A stretch of 31,919 nt of DNA from a virus (Duplodnaviria > Caudoviricetes): the IMG/VR virus record IMGVR_UViG_3300021182_000057, positions 1 to 31,919 of that record, one strand, 5' to 3'. The position numbers and the translations under genes were made by a program. How positions within the stretch are numbered: the stretch's first letter is position 1; every line of letters begins with the position of its first letter. This document shows, in pieces, positions 8,378 to 16,982 of the stretch. The notes beneath the pieces are model-generated. The model saw nothing but the letters and a program-made list of their open reading frames with translations. It did not search any database and was not told where the DNA came from.

Positions 8378-10648
8378 ATGTGGAAGCGAGACCCCGGTGT
8401 TTCCACGATGATTGAGTATTTCGATCGGGGCATCCCTGGTCGATTGAAGATGACCGAGGACAACTGGGCCGGCCTCTCATCGATCGATAAGTTCGCGGCG
8501 ATTGGCAGTTTGCCTGACGGGAAAAACCTCAAAGAGGCGATTCTTGAGCAAGGTCGAGAATGCGCGAACGACTTCAGTTATGCCGCCCGGAACTACTTCT
8601 GGATCACCAATAAGAAGAAGAAGGAGCAGTTGTTCTCCTTATGGGAGAGCCAATACCTGATTCTCGATAAGTACTACGAACTCAAAGCCAAGGGAAGAGC
8701 GCAGAAGATTATCGTGCTGAAGGCTCGGCAACTCGGATGTAGCCGATTGATCGAATCCATGATTGCGTGGCGCGCGATGTTTTTCCCAAACACGAATGCG
8801 ATCGTTGTGTCGGTTGACCAGAAGCACTCCTCATTCCTGTTCGGCTACATGCTCTACATCTACGACCATATGCCGTGGTGGCTGAAGCCGATGGCGGCAC
8901 AACGAAAAGAAGAGGCCGGCCTTTTTTTTGAGAACGACGATGCATCGCAGAGGTCCAGGTTCCCCGGCATGAATTCCAGGGTAATGGTTCAGTGGTCTAA
9001 CCAGTATTCGGGAGTCGGCCAGGGCATCCCCGTGGATGCGTGCCACATTTCCGAGTTCGCGAATTACGATGAGGATGACCTCGAAGCCATCGTCAACGAG
9101 GACCTGGGGAACTCGATGGCGGATGAGCCCGAAGTATTCGGCTTTATGGAGGGGACCGGGCAGGGGGCCGGCACGGCGGCGCATCGGATTTGGAACGCGA
9201 ACGAGGAACGCCTCGACCTCGGCAAGTGGCCCAAGTGGTACCCCCTGTTTCTCCCTAGCTTCTTCGAGACGACCCGCGTTCTCGCGCCCCCAAGTGGCTG
9301 GCATATCCAGGAGCCAGAGAGGGTGATGCGAGAGCGGACCAAGAAGGAATGGTGTCGCTGCAATAATCCAGAATGCGGGAAGTACAAGAAGGGGGTCTTA
9401 CTCGGAGAACCAGTCGCCGGATCGGCATGCCCGGATTGCAAGGTCGGCACGCTCGTTCCCATGATGCTTACCGACGGCCAGTGTTTCTGGCATCAGGACA
9501 ATCGTGAGCAGGCCGAGGCTCAGGGGGAAAAGGCAAAAAAGCAATGGAAGCAGGAGCAGTGCGTCACCAGTGAGGAGGCGTGGCAGGTAAGCGGCTACGT
9601 GATGTTCAATGATGCCTGCCGGGAATGGGTTAATAGCACGATCAGCCACGACCCGATAAAAAAGGGAAAGATATACCGGGACACCGGAGAAGTCCACGGA
9701 GCCCGCCCCAAAACCAAGGAAGACGATCGTCAGGTGTGCTATGTCCCCTCCTGTAACGTCGATCATCGTCATGACGAAACCCCGCTTTCGGTTTGGGAGG
9801 AGCCGCATCCGGGCAGGCAGTACGTGGTCGGTGTGGATGTGAGCGAGGGGATCGGACAGGACTTCAGCGTTATTTTTGTCAATAAGGTTGGCCGGACGGC
9901 CGGAGAGCCTGACGAGCAAGCGGCGGTTTGGCGCGACAATCGCACAAAACCAAAAGAGTTGGCGTTCTACTGTAATGTGATTGGTCGCTGGTATAACGAT
10001 GCAATGATGTGCATCGAGTACAACACTTACCAGACCACTGGCGACGACATTATATACGTCTATCAGTATCCGAACGTGTTTCGGTGGAAGAACAAGGAGG
10101 TCATTAACCCACTGACCCATAAGTGGCACTGGTGGACCAAAGTAAACACCAAATCCTACCTTCACCAGACGGCTGTGGACTGGCTTCTGTCGAGAGCATG
10201 GATAATCAGATCGCCTAATTTCGCCAAGGAAATCACGACATACCGCAAGGAGGAGTTCGACTCCAGGGTGTTCGGTGCCGAGTCCGGATTCCACGATGAC
10301 GAGGCGATGGCGGGAATGATTTCCTTGTACTGCGCTCATGAGTTGGATTGCGACCAATCGGGGAGAGTTCGTGTACCCAGCCTCGTCGAGGTCCAACGTC
10401 CAGCCAGATACCGCTGCTATTGTGGTTCTTGTAGGTTCGGGGAATCTAGGGATTCCGATGGAGGTTGGTCTTGGGTGTGCGACAACCCGGACAGGGAGTA
10501 CCGCTGTCCGGAGTGCGGGTCGATTCAATTGCGAGCGATACCGCTGGAGACCCCGCACGATAGCAGTTTGGATTTCGATGGTGTGATGGCGATGATGGGG
10601 AAGCGTCCAGAGGGCCAAGCCCAAGAGGTATCCGTGGACTACTTGTGA
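8378..10648 (+). CDS. terL: Terminase large subunit with Cys-rich insertions
   Basis: Walker A VLKARQLGCS, Walker B ACHISEFA, coupling motif FMEGTG, nuclease YVVGVDVSEGIGQDFS and HDDEAMA. Confidence 0.93.
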   Translation: MWKRDPGVSTMIEYFDRGIPGRLKMTEDNWAGLSSIDKFAAIGSLPDGKNLKEAILEQGRECANDFSYAARNYFWITNKKKKEQLFSLWESQYLILDKYYELKAKGRAQKIIVLKARQLGCSRLIESMIAWRAMFFPNTNAIVVSVDQKHSSFLFGYMLYIYDHMPWWLKPMAAQRKEEAGLFFENDDASQRSRFPGMNSRVMVQWSNQYSGVGQGIPVDACHISEFANYDEDDLEAIVNEDLGNSMADEPEVFGFMEGTGQGAGTAAHRIWNANEERLDLGKWPKWYPLFLPSFFETTRVLAPPSGWHIQEPERVMRERTKKEWCRCNNPECGKYKKGVLLGEPVAGSACPDCKVGTLVPMMLTDGQCFWHQDNREQAEAQGEKAKKQWKQEQCVTSEEAWQVSGYVMFNDACREWVNSTISHDPIKKGKIYRDTGEVHGARPKTKEDDRQVCYVPSCNVDHRHDETPLSVWEEPHPGRQYVVGVDVSEGIGQDFSVIFVNKVGRTAGEPDEQAAVWRDNRTKPKELAFYCNVIGRWYNDAMMCIEYNTYQTTGDDIIYVYQYPNVFRWKNKEVINPLTHKWHWWTKVNTKSYLHQTAVDWLLSRAWIIRSPNFAKEITTYRKEEFDSRVFGAESGFHDDEAMAGMISLYCAHELDCDQSGRVRVPSLVEVQRPARYRCYCGSCRFGESRDSDGGWSWVCDNPDREYRCPECGSIQLRAIPLETPHDSSLDFDGVMAMMGKRPEGQAQEVSVDYL

Positions 10649-10652
10649 CCAC

Positions 10653-10681
10653 TTGCAGTCAAGAGGGAAAGGGTTTAGTAT
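10653..10681 (+). promoter_or_regulatory. Sigma70-type promoter, leaderless geometry
   Basis: TTGCAG-N17-TAGTAT, 6 nt before ATG 10688. Confidence 0.55.
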
Positions 10682-10687
10682 AGGGCC

Positions 10688-11281
10688 ATGGCAAAACCTT
10701 CTACCGTGCGATTTAACTTACAGGTTGACCTCCAACCGGAAGAGGTCCCGACACTCATTGGGCTGGTTGATGGAGACCAGAACGAAGTTCAGAAATTGTC
10801 CACGTTGTCCGAGTCGCTGCTTCACGACACTTCCGGTGGCGGCATGATGCTCACGCCAGACGAGATGGCGCGGATCACCGAAGCCACGGGATTAGACCCT
10901 AACTGCGGCGAGGACCTCATTCCGCTCTTGTCGGAAGCGTCCGGAAAAGAGGAGGGGAAATTGACCTTCAAGATTTCGGTCGATCCCGTATATGAGGCGT
11001 ATTACAGGGAGGCGGCCGAGATGCAGGGGCGCTCGGTAAAGGAGCTGGTTCAAGACATAATCAATACAATCATGGACAACGATCCCCTTCAGTACAACAT
11101 GGGAAATTTTGGATTCCCCGAGGTTTTCCGCATGCTTCCAAAGGACAAGGAAGGGGTAGAGCAATTGCTCGGCGGAAAATTCCAGGACGGGATGTCGCTG
11201 GTGTCCCTGATTCGGAAGGCTCTCGGAAGCGACATGTTTGAGGGGATGGTCGATTCGCCATCCCAAACGGGGGAGAAATAA
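10688..11281 (+). CDS. Hypothetical protein with a possible ribbon-helix-helix segment
   Basis: TFKISVDPVYEAYYREAAEMQGRSVKELVQDII resembles RHH. Confidence 0.65.
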   Translation: MAKPSTVRFNLQVDLQPEEVPTLIGLVDGDQNEVQKLSTLSESLLHDTSGGGMMLTPDEMARITEATGLDPNCGEDLIPLLSEASGKEEGKLTFKISVDPVYEAYYREAAEMQGRSVKELVQDIINTIMDNDPLQYNMGNFGFPEVFRMLPKDKEGVEQLLGGKFQDGMSLVSLIRKALGSDMFEGMVDSPSQTGEK

Positions 11282-11448
11282 TGGATAAAGTTGAGGCTAT
11301 GCTGTCACCTATCAGGGATGCGATCTTCCATGGTGAGCTTACCAACAAAGAACTTGCGTTCGCCTACGGAGCGCTGCAATCCTTGGCCGATCTCTCCGCT
11401 GGCCTCGCCGGCATTAAGTCAAGGTCCAACGTGGGACTGGAGGTGTAA
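11281..11448 (+). CDS. Small hypothetical protein (55 aa, MDKVEAMLSP...)
   Basis: TAATG coupling, GGGGAG SD; not in the ORF track. Confidence 0.55.
   Translation: MDKVEAMLSPIRDAIFHGELTNKELAFAYGALQSLADLSAGLAGIKSRSNVGLEV
11423..11438. promoter_or_regulatory. 16-bp palindromic site, copy 3
   Basis: GGTCCAACGTGGGACT, abutting the SD of the zinc-ribbon gene. Confidence 0.7.
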
Positions 11449-11451
11449 GTC

Positions 11452-11904
11452 TTGCCCCTGTTTACCGAGGCGTGCATATCACCGGATTGCGTCCTTGATG
11501 GTGATTCCACCGACGAGTACTACAAGCACTGGAACGACCCCCAGCGTCCCTGTGTGGCGTGCGGCGGCCCAACCAAGAGGTTTCCGAGCCAGTTCTCCAG
11601 CCCCTTCATGGGGGAGATGTCCCGTCGGTATGTGGATACATCGCTGGATGACGGACATCGGAAGGATCTCTCGCATTGGGTTTTTGAAAAAGGACCGGAC
11701 GGAAAGGTTAAGCCTTCCCTGATATCAACATTCCAAGAGCAGAGGGAATACTGTAAGCGGAATGGCCTAGCCAATCCATCCGATCTCGACAGTAATTGCG
11801 AGGTATCCGAGGACGGCCGGAGATTCCAAAAGGCTACCGCAACGCTCCAAGACCTTAAAGAGTTGGAAAAGAAGACTGTTGCGCAACCAGCCAATCCAGC
11901 CTAA
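11452..11904 (+). CDS. FmdB-like zinc-ribbon protein
   Basis: MPLFTEACISPDC...PCVACGG; GGAGG SD with TTG start; sits next to the portal. Confidence 0.7.
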   Translation: MPLFTEACISPDCVLDGDSTDEYYKHWNDPQRPCVACGGPTKRFPSQFSSPFMGEMSRRYVDTSLDDGHRKDLSHWVFEKGPDGKVKPSLISTFQEQREYCKRNGLANPSDLDSNCEVSEDGRRFQKATATLQDLKELEKKTVAQPANPA

Positions 11905-11924
11905 ACTATCGGCAGGAGGCTTCC

Positions 11925-12026
11925 ATGAAGCGACACAAGAGCGGCCGTAAGGTCAAGGGCGGTAACGACCCCCGGCAACCGAACGCTCCGCATCGGGCAA
12001 CCCGCAAGCCAAAGGCTCGCCGTTGA
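11925..12026 (+). CDS. Tiny basic protein (33 aa) MKRHKSGRKVKGGNDPRQPNAPHRATRKPKARR
   Basis: AGGAGG SD at 11914-11919; fills the gap before the portal. Confidence 0.6.
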   Translation: MKRHKSGRKVKGGNDPRQPNAPHRATRKPKARR

Positions 12027-12060
12027 TCTCTCTCTGCCGTGAGAACAGCGTGATTCAAAA

Positions 12061-13929
12061 ATGGCTTCTTTAGCGATCATCCCGCGCGCGGATATCCAAA
12101 GACCCTCTGGCTCCATCGACCGAGCTTCTGGGTACGAGAGGCGCATTTTGGCATGGAGGGACTCCCTGCTACGGCAAGGCATGGAGGAGATGAGGTCGTG
12201 GAAGGACCTCCAGGAAATCGACAAAGTAATCGACTTAATCGAAGGTCGTTTTTACCAAGAAAACCGGCCCGCTTACAAGTCCCGATACTATGATGGGTAC
12301 CTCGGCGATATGCGCCGGGAGGCCATTTCATCCCTCAGCCAGATTAGACCCACCATAGACGTTACCTCGTCGGTGGACGCTTATAAGACCCAGGCCGAAA
12401 CCGTCCACAAGTACATCCGTTCGATGTGGTTCAAGTTGAACTTGGACATGACGGTTGTGGATTGGATCGACCACGCTCTGTTCGGAACCGGGTTTCTGAA
12501 GCACGTTGCTGGAGAGAACCAGTTCCAATTCTCCGCCCATGGGGCGGATCAAGTTATCCCGGTTCTGTGCAACGGGGACATCCAGGAATCGGCGGCCGTA
12601 ATCTACCAGAATTACAAACCGCTTCCGTATTTCTATGCCAAGTTCGGCAAGGAGAAATGCGCTGGCCTAGAGCGTTACACGGTCAACCTGAGCCGCGCGC
12701 TATCGCAGGACAAGTACGTTCGCCCGTCCAGCGTCCCGGAATATTCCTGGAACGCGATGAGCCCGGCCATGAAGCGTCGGATGTCCATGCGCGGAGGCCC
12801 AGTCCGGCAATCGGAGGGGACGTATGTGCCGTTCCCGGTGATCGAGTTGAAAGAGGTGTACTTCGACGACTGGAGCATCAACGAATCGTCAAACGATATT
12901 TTGGTTCAGAATGAAAGTTTGGACCTGAGCGAGTACAACTACCACTACATCGTACCTCCTGGGGCACGCTTGTTTCCAAGGAAGCGATTGGTGGTGTTTG
13001 CCGGGGATCGCATTATGTACGACGGCCCAAGTCCTTTTTGGCATGGGCTTTACCCGTTCACGATGCTACAACTAAACCCCTGCGTGTGGAGTCCCGGAGG
13101 GATTTCGAAGTATCGGGATTTGATTCCTCTCGTGAGGGCGTGCAACCGGATCGGGGCAGGAGTGGAAGAGGCGATTGGGAGGGCACTGAACCTGAATCTG
13201 GTCAGTAAGCGCGGGGCGATGCCCGAGGCTGTCTGGGATGCCTTGCAGCCCGGTAAGCCAGCGCAAAAGATTCTGATGAACCCTATCGCTCAAAAGGGGG
13301 ACATCTACTACATGGATGGCCCGAATTTGCCGGCCTACACGGGAGATTTCCAGCGATACCTGATCGACACAATCAAGCACCGGTCCGGCTCATTGGACAT
13401 CTCGGGTCTTGCTAAAAAGAAGCAGGTTCCCGGCGGGGATTCTATCGAACAGATGCGCGACGTGATGAGTGGCCCATTCCAATTGGAGAGCCGCTACGTG
13501 GAGGTTGCGGTTGAACAAGTTGGCACCCAAATGGTCTCAAATGTGTTCCAGTACGCCACCTTGGATGGCCGCATGAGATTGCTTGGGGCGGACGGCATGA
13601 CGCCGGAGGATTTCGACTATCGGTCCGGAGATATGATCCCTTCCTCGGAGCCAATCTTCGATTTCTGGAAACTGTTCTCGTTCAAAATCGCACCCGGATC
13701 GGCCCATGGAAGTTCGAAGATTCAGAAAAAAGTGGAGGCCGTTACGCTTTACAAGGCGGGTGCCTTGTCTCTCCATGGCCTTTACCGTCAAATGGAATTC
13801 CCGGAGAACCCCGATGTCATTATTGGCGAGATGCAAAAGGAGCACGAGATGGGAATCGGCGGACCGCCAAAGGGAGCGGGCAAGCAAAGTCGCCCGAACC
13901 GAGCGCAGAGAACGGGATCGGCCTTATAG
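12061..13929 (+). CDS. Portal protein
   Basis: 622 aa between TerL and scaffold/capsid; portal-like segments DHALFGTGFLK, DGPSPFWHGLYPF, WSPGGISKYRDLIPL. Confidence 0.85.
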   Translation: MASLAIIPRADIQRPSGSIDRASGYERRILAWRDSLLRQGMEEMRSWKDLQEIDKVIDLIEGRFYQENRPAYKSRYYDGYLGDMRREAISSLSQIRPTIDVTSSVDAYKTQAETVHKYIRSMWFKLNLDMTVVDWIDHALFGTGFLKHVAGENQFQFSAHGADQVIPVLCNGDIQESAAVIYQNYKPLPYFYAKFGKEKCAGLERYTVNLSRALSQDKYVRPSSVPEYSWNAMSPAMKRRMSMRGGPVRQSEGTYVPFPVIELKEVYFDDWSINESSNDILVQNESLDLSEYNYHYIVPPGARLFPRKRLVVFAGDRIMYDGPSPFWHGLYPFTMLQLNPCVWSPGGISKYRDLIPLVRACNRIGAGVEEAIGRALNLNLVSKRGAMPEAVWDALQPGKPAQKILMNPIAQKGDIYYMDGPNLPAYTGDFQRYLIDTIKHRSGSLDISGLAKKKQVPGGDSIEQMRDVMSGPFQLESRYVEVAVEQVGTQMVSNVFQYATLDGRMRLLGADGMTPEDFDYRSGDMIPSSEPIFDFWKLFSFKIAPGSAHGSSKIQKKVEAVTLYKAGALSLHGLYRQMEFPENPDVIIGEMQKEHEMGIGGPPKGAGKQSRPNRAQRTGSAL

Positions 13930-13932
13930 CGC

Positions 13933-13948
13933 AGTCTCACGTTGGACT
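13933..13948. promoter_or_regulatory. 16-bp palindromic site, copy 4
   Basis: AGTCTCACGTTGGACT, the exact reverse complement of copy 1, 3 nt after the portal stop. Confidence 0.75.
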
Positions 13949-13989
13949 GCTAAGTTCGTTTGTCTGGATAGCGTCATGCGGCTTAGTTA

Positions 13990-14023
13990 CAAAGCCGCCG
14001 GCTTCAGCCGCGCGGTTGCTTAC
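13990..14023 (-). mobile_element. IS200/IS605-like terminal hairpin remnant
   Basis: Minus strand GTAAGCAACCGCGCGGCTGAAGCCGGCGGCTTTG resembles the GTCAAC...GGCTGAAGCC...GGCTTG ends of IS605/IscB elements; no transposase present. Confidence 0.4.
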
Positions 14024-14253
14024 TCTTCCCCCAGCAGTATTCTCTGGATCTGGATGTACCGCTCGTACTTGATGATTACGGCCAGCGGCGTGTTGCGCTT
14101 TTGATCCTGAACCAAGAGAGGCCGGCGCAGGGCCTTAATGGTCTTCCCGGTAAGCAACCTCAACTTGCTGGTCCCGATATACTCCAAAGACGGGTCCAAA
14201 AACGGAACATCGGTCTCTTTCTTCCATAGTTTCAAGTCGTTGCGCGTTGCCAT
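14020..14253 (-). CDS. Small protein, Phd/YefM antitoxin-like
   Basis: YIGTSKLR...RPLLV...PLAVIIKYERY pattern; has its own promoter. Confidence 0.55.
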   Translation of the reverse strand: MATRNDLKLWKKETDVPFLDPSLEYIGTSKLRLLTGKTIKALRRPLLVQDQKRNTPLAVIIKYERYIQIQRILLGEE

Positions 14254-14260
14254 ACCCAGC

Positions 14261-14289
14261 ATTCTACAAGGAATCCACCCCATATTCAA
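14261..14289 (-). promoter_or_regulatory. Sigma70-type promoter, leaderless geometry
   Basis: TTGAAT-N17-TAGAAT, 7 nt before ATG 14253 on the minus strand. Confidence 0.65.
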
Positions 14290-14389
14290 GACATGTTAGG
14301 TTTACCCCTCTGTAACGGAGTCGTGCAACTATATTGGCGACACGGCGATACAAGTCGCCCATCCAAATCTGAGAAGGGAGGATGACTCA

Positions 14390-14431
14390 ATGGCACACCG
14401 CAAGTCTCGCAACAAGAAAACCCGCAAGTAA
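14390..14431 (+). CDS. Tiny basic peptide (13 aa) MAHRKSRNKKTRK
   Basis: GGAGG SD 8 nt upstream. Confidence 0.5.
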   Translation: MAHRKSRNKKTRK

Positions 14432-14515
14432 GTAAACACGCCTCCCGCTGGGTGGCCCGGTGGCGTGACGAAATCAACGAAATAGGCCACCCATTCAAGT
14501 CCATGAGTCTTATGT

Positions 14516-14578
14516 ATGGCAAAACGGAAAGGGAGGAAAAAGGCATCGCGCAGGAATGTCCGCGTGTATCGCCGATAA
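14516..14578 (+). CDS. Tiny basic peptide (20 aa) MAKRKGRKKASRRNVRVYRR
   Basis: Extreme Arg/Lys content; stop 4 nt before the next ATG; no clear SD. Confidence 0.45.
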   Translation: MAKRKGRKKASRRNVRVYRR

Positions 14579-14582
14579 TCGC

Positions 14583-14894
14583 ATGAAGTACCCACCGAAC
14601 TTTCACTCCACTTCGACCAAGGAGAAGTTGAACCAAGGTCCGAAGGATATGCCTGATCGCGGCGGACAAAAACCAAACGCTCAGATCACGGCAACCACCG
14701 TCCCCCTCAGCCGCAAGGAAAATCAGGTCGCCCAGTTTGGGAGGTCGCCAAGTCATGGTGTTCCTAATTTTGATGGCGCAACGCATGTGAACCTGTCTCG
14801 GACGGCGAGCAGCCCGTACGAGAAGGCTGGTGGCCTTAGCGAGACCACCCGGCAGCATTCGTTCTTGGGAAAAAGCAGGACAAAGAAGGCGTAA
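14583..14894 (+). CDS. Hypothetical protein, basic and likely disordered (head module)
   Basis: TAATG coupling to the next gene. Confidence 0.6.
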   Translation: MKYPPNFHSTSTKEKLNQGPKDMPDRGGQKPNAQITATTVPLSRKENQVAQFGRSPSHGVPNFDGATHVNLSRTASSPYEKAGGLSETTRQHSFLGKSRTKKA

Positions 14895-15259
14895 TGGCCA
14901 CTGGAGCCACACCACCCCTTCCTCCCGGAATCGTCCAGCAGCAGGACGCCACGCCGGATCAGCAGCAGTCTGTATTCTCGGCCCAGGGGATGAAGCCTGG
15001 GGAAGGGATGCAGGTAGTTCAGCAAGTAATGCAGAAGGTCCAGGAACTCGATAAATGGGTGGGCGAGACCAAGCAACTATTGGAATCGTTCGATCCCTCC
15101 CTGGTGCCCCTGTTCAAGCCGATCGCCGAGGCTGGCATGAAGCTTGCCGAAGCGGTTCAAAAGAAGTCGCAGCAAAGTGGAATGGCGAAGGGGAGCCCGC
15201 AGGTTCCGCCCCAGCCTCCGCAGAATCCATCTGCCGGACCCCCGAATCCGGGGGTGTAA
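14894..15259 (+). CDS. Pro/Gln-rich hypothetical head-module protein
   Basis: Operonic ORF between portal and scaffold. Confidence 0.7.
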   Translation: MATGATPPLPPGIVQQQDATPDQQQSVFSAQGMKPGEGMQVVQQVMQKVQELDKWVGETKQLLESFDPSLVPLFKPIAEAGMKLAEAVQKKSQQSGMAKGSPQVPPQPPQNPSAGPPNPGV

Positions 15260-15271
15260 GAAGAGGAAACG

Positions 15272-16195
15272 ATGCCGTTTGAGAATCTATTAGCCGCGAT
15301 CGCCGACGAAGGCGAACGTGCGAGTTTCAAGACCATCGCCGACAAGTATCCTGCCGTGAAACGATATGTCGAGTTGGGGGAAGAGGTGGAGCCTCTGTTA
15401 CCTAGGCTCAGGAGTCTTCAGTATGACAGGGTATTTCCAGCGGTCGAAGAACTGGAGGGTTGGCGCAATTGGAAGGAAAAGGACTGGCCGGGTTGGGAAA
15501 CGGAGTACCACCGGATTCAGGATGCGCTCGGAAGTGCCACATTGCGTGTGCAGGAGCTTGAAGCGCGCGGAGATACCGACATGAATGCTGACGACGTGAA
15601 GAAGATCGTGAAAGAAGCGCTGGCCGAGAACGGCGTTGTAGATGAAGCCAAGTTGACGGCCAAACTGACGGACCTTGTAGAGAAGCAGGTTCGACCGGAG
15701 TTGAATCGGACGGTAAACTCCTGGGGCAATCGATTCCAGGACGTGTATCAGAAGTTGACCCCGAAGTTTGGGGCGCACGAGAAGACGTTCGGGGAAGGTT
15801 TGGATGCTTCGGCGGTTTTCAGTCACATGAAGAAGTTGGCAGAACAGAAGCACGTAGCAATCGATCAGATCGACCCAGACGAAGCGTACAACGACTTCTA
15901 CAAGGACAAGTTTTCCACCAGGGAAAAGGAAACCAAGGCGGCCGAGTTGGCTAGAGCCAAGGAAGAGGGAATCGCCGAAGGTCGCAAATTGGCGGCGGCG
16001 GCATCGGGCCGATCGACCAGTCCGGTGGACGGAGGCGGCGGCGGCCGCAAATTGGGTCCTTTGCAACGCCGGGTGATGGAGAGGAATCGTCCAAAGGAAG
16101 GCGATCCGATCGACGCTCCTCTGGGTAAGGGGATCATCTCGCAGCAGTACGCCCAGCAGAAGCGCGAAAAGGAAATGGCGGGGAGCGCGGCGTAG
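15272..16195 (+). CDS. Putative capsid scaffolding protein
   Basis: Charged helical protein upstream of the capsid gene; AKEEGIAEGRK then a flexible G/S-rich tail. Confidence 0.7.
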   Translation: MPFENLLAAIADEGERASFKTIADKYPAVKRYVELGEEVEPLLPRLRSLQYDRVFPAVEELEGWRNWKEKDWPGWETEYHRIQDALGSATLRVQELEARGDTDMNADDVKKIVKEALAENGVVDEAKLTAKLTDLVEKQVRPELNRTVNSWGNRFQDVYQKLTPKFGAHEKTFGEGLDASAVFSHMKKLAEQKHVAIDQIDPDEAYNDFYKDKFSTREKETKAAELARAKEEGIAEGRKLAAAASGRSTSPVDGGGGGRKLGPLQRRVMERNRPKEGDPIDAPLGKGIISQQYAQQKREKEMAGSAA

Positions 16196-16222
16196 GAGCC
16201 CCCTTTTGGGATGAGGATGAGG

Positions 16223-16927
16223 CTAAGAGACGATCTCAATCCGCCGGTGATTCTGAAGGTAGAGGATCGCCTTCATGAGAAGGGCGGGGTCGTCGTCGAA
16301 GCCCCCCAGCCCGGTATTGCACTTTTCGCAAAGGAGTGCCCGGTGGGTGCCGGGGAATCGGTGATCGTGGTCGATGGCCAGCCGGGTGTTCTTTGGCCTC
16401 CCGCTTGGCGGTTTTTCGCAGATGGCGCACAGGCCGTTCTGTTCGGCCTCAAGTTCTGCGCGTCTCTCTGGGGCGACGCCATAGAGCTTTTGCTCCATGT
16501 GCTGCCTGCGGGACAGGTGGTTTTTGGGCGTATGGTACCAGTCGAGGGACAGTTTTCGAGTGCATGGCTTGCAGAGGTTCCCGAAGCCGTCCGGGGAAGA
16601 GCAGTGGGCCGGGAATTCATCCACGGCTCGGACCTCTTGGCAGGAGGTGCAGACCTTTTGGCCGGGACCCACCATTCCGATGAGCGCCGGACAGGCCAAG
16701 AGGTGCTTTCTGAAGTGGAGCTTGACGGTCTGGTGGCCGCATCTCCTGCATTCGATCACCTTCCCCTTGGGGGCCGGCTCGGGTGGCTTTGGCAGGTTCT
16801 TCGGGTTGAGCGCGCACTTCTTTCTGTGAGGCCATATTTCTCTGGCGGAATGCTGTTCTCCGCAGTGGGGGCAGGCTCGGTACACGCGACCTTTGAGCCT
16901 GGGTTTGGTTTGTCGGGGTTGTTCCAT
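16223..16927 (-). CDS. Endonuclease VII-family free-standing homing endonuclease with N-terminal zinc fingers
   Basis: QNGLCAICEK...LAIDHDH...RALLCEKCNTGLGGFDDDP..AILYL; N-terminal CPHC, CRRC, CTSC/CKPC. Confidence 0.9.
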   Translation of the reverse strand: MEQPRQTKPRLKGRVYRACPHCGEQHSAREIWPHRKKCALNPKNLPKPPEPAPKGKVIECRRCGHQTVKLHFRKHLLACPALIGMVGPGQKVCTSCQEVRAVDEFPAHCSSPDGFGNLCKPCTRKLSLDWYHTPKNHLSRRQHMEQKLYGVAPERRAELEAEQNGLCAICEKPPSGRPKNTRLAIDHDHRFPGTHRALLCEKCNTGLGGFDDDPALLMKAILYLQNHRRIEIVS

Positions 16928-16933
16928 GTGTCA

Positions 16934-16962
16934 AGTGTACGCCAGCCCCATCAAAATGTCAA
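16934..16962 (-). promoter_or_regulatory. Sigma70-type promoter of the EndoVII gene, leaderless geometry
   Basis: TTGACA-N17-TACACT, 6 nt before ATG 16927. Confidence 0.7.
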
Positions 16963-16982
16963 CTATTTAGGAGGTAGACAAA

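Noticed and set aside
10390-10405. Further partial matches to the 16-bp palindrome (here, about 21148 and about 30475)
   Set aside because: Only half-sites or four or more mismatches; not distinguishable from chance
9398-10624. Long minus-strand ORFs opposite terL, portal, capsid and GT genes
   Set aside because: Antisense shadows in GC-rich coding DNA, with no motifs or expression signals
14461-14484. GTGACGA...CGAAA as a hammerhead ribozyme core
   Set aside because: Core deviates from CUGANGA and no stem II can form
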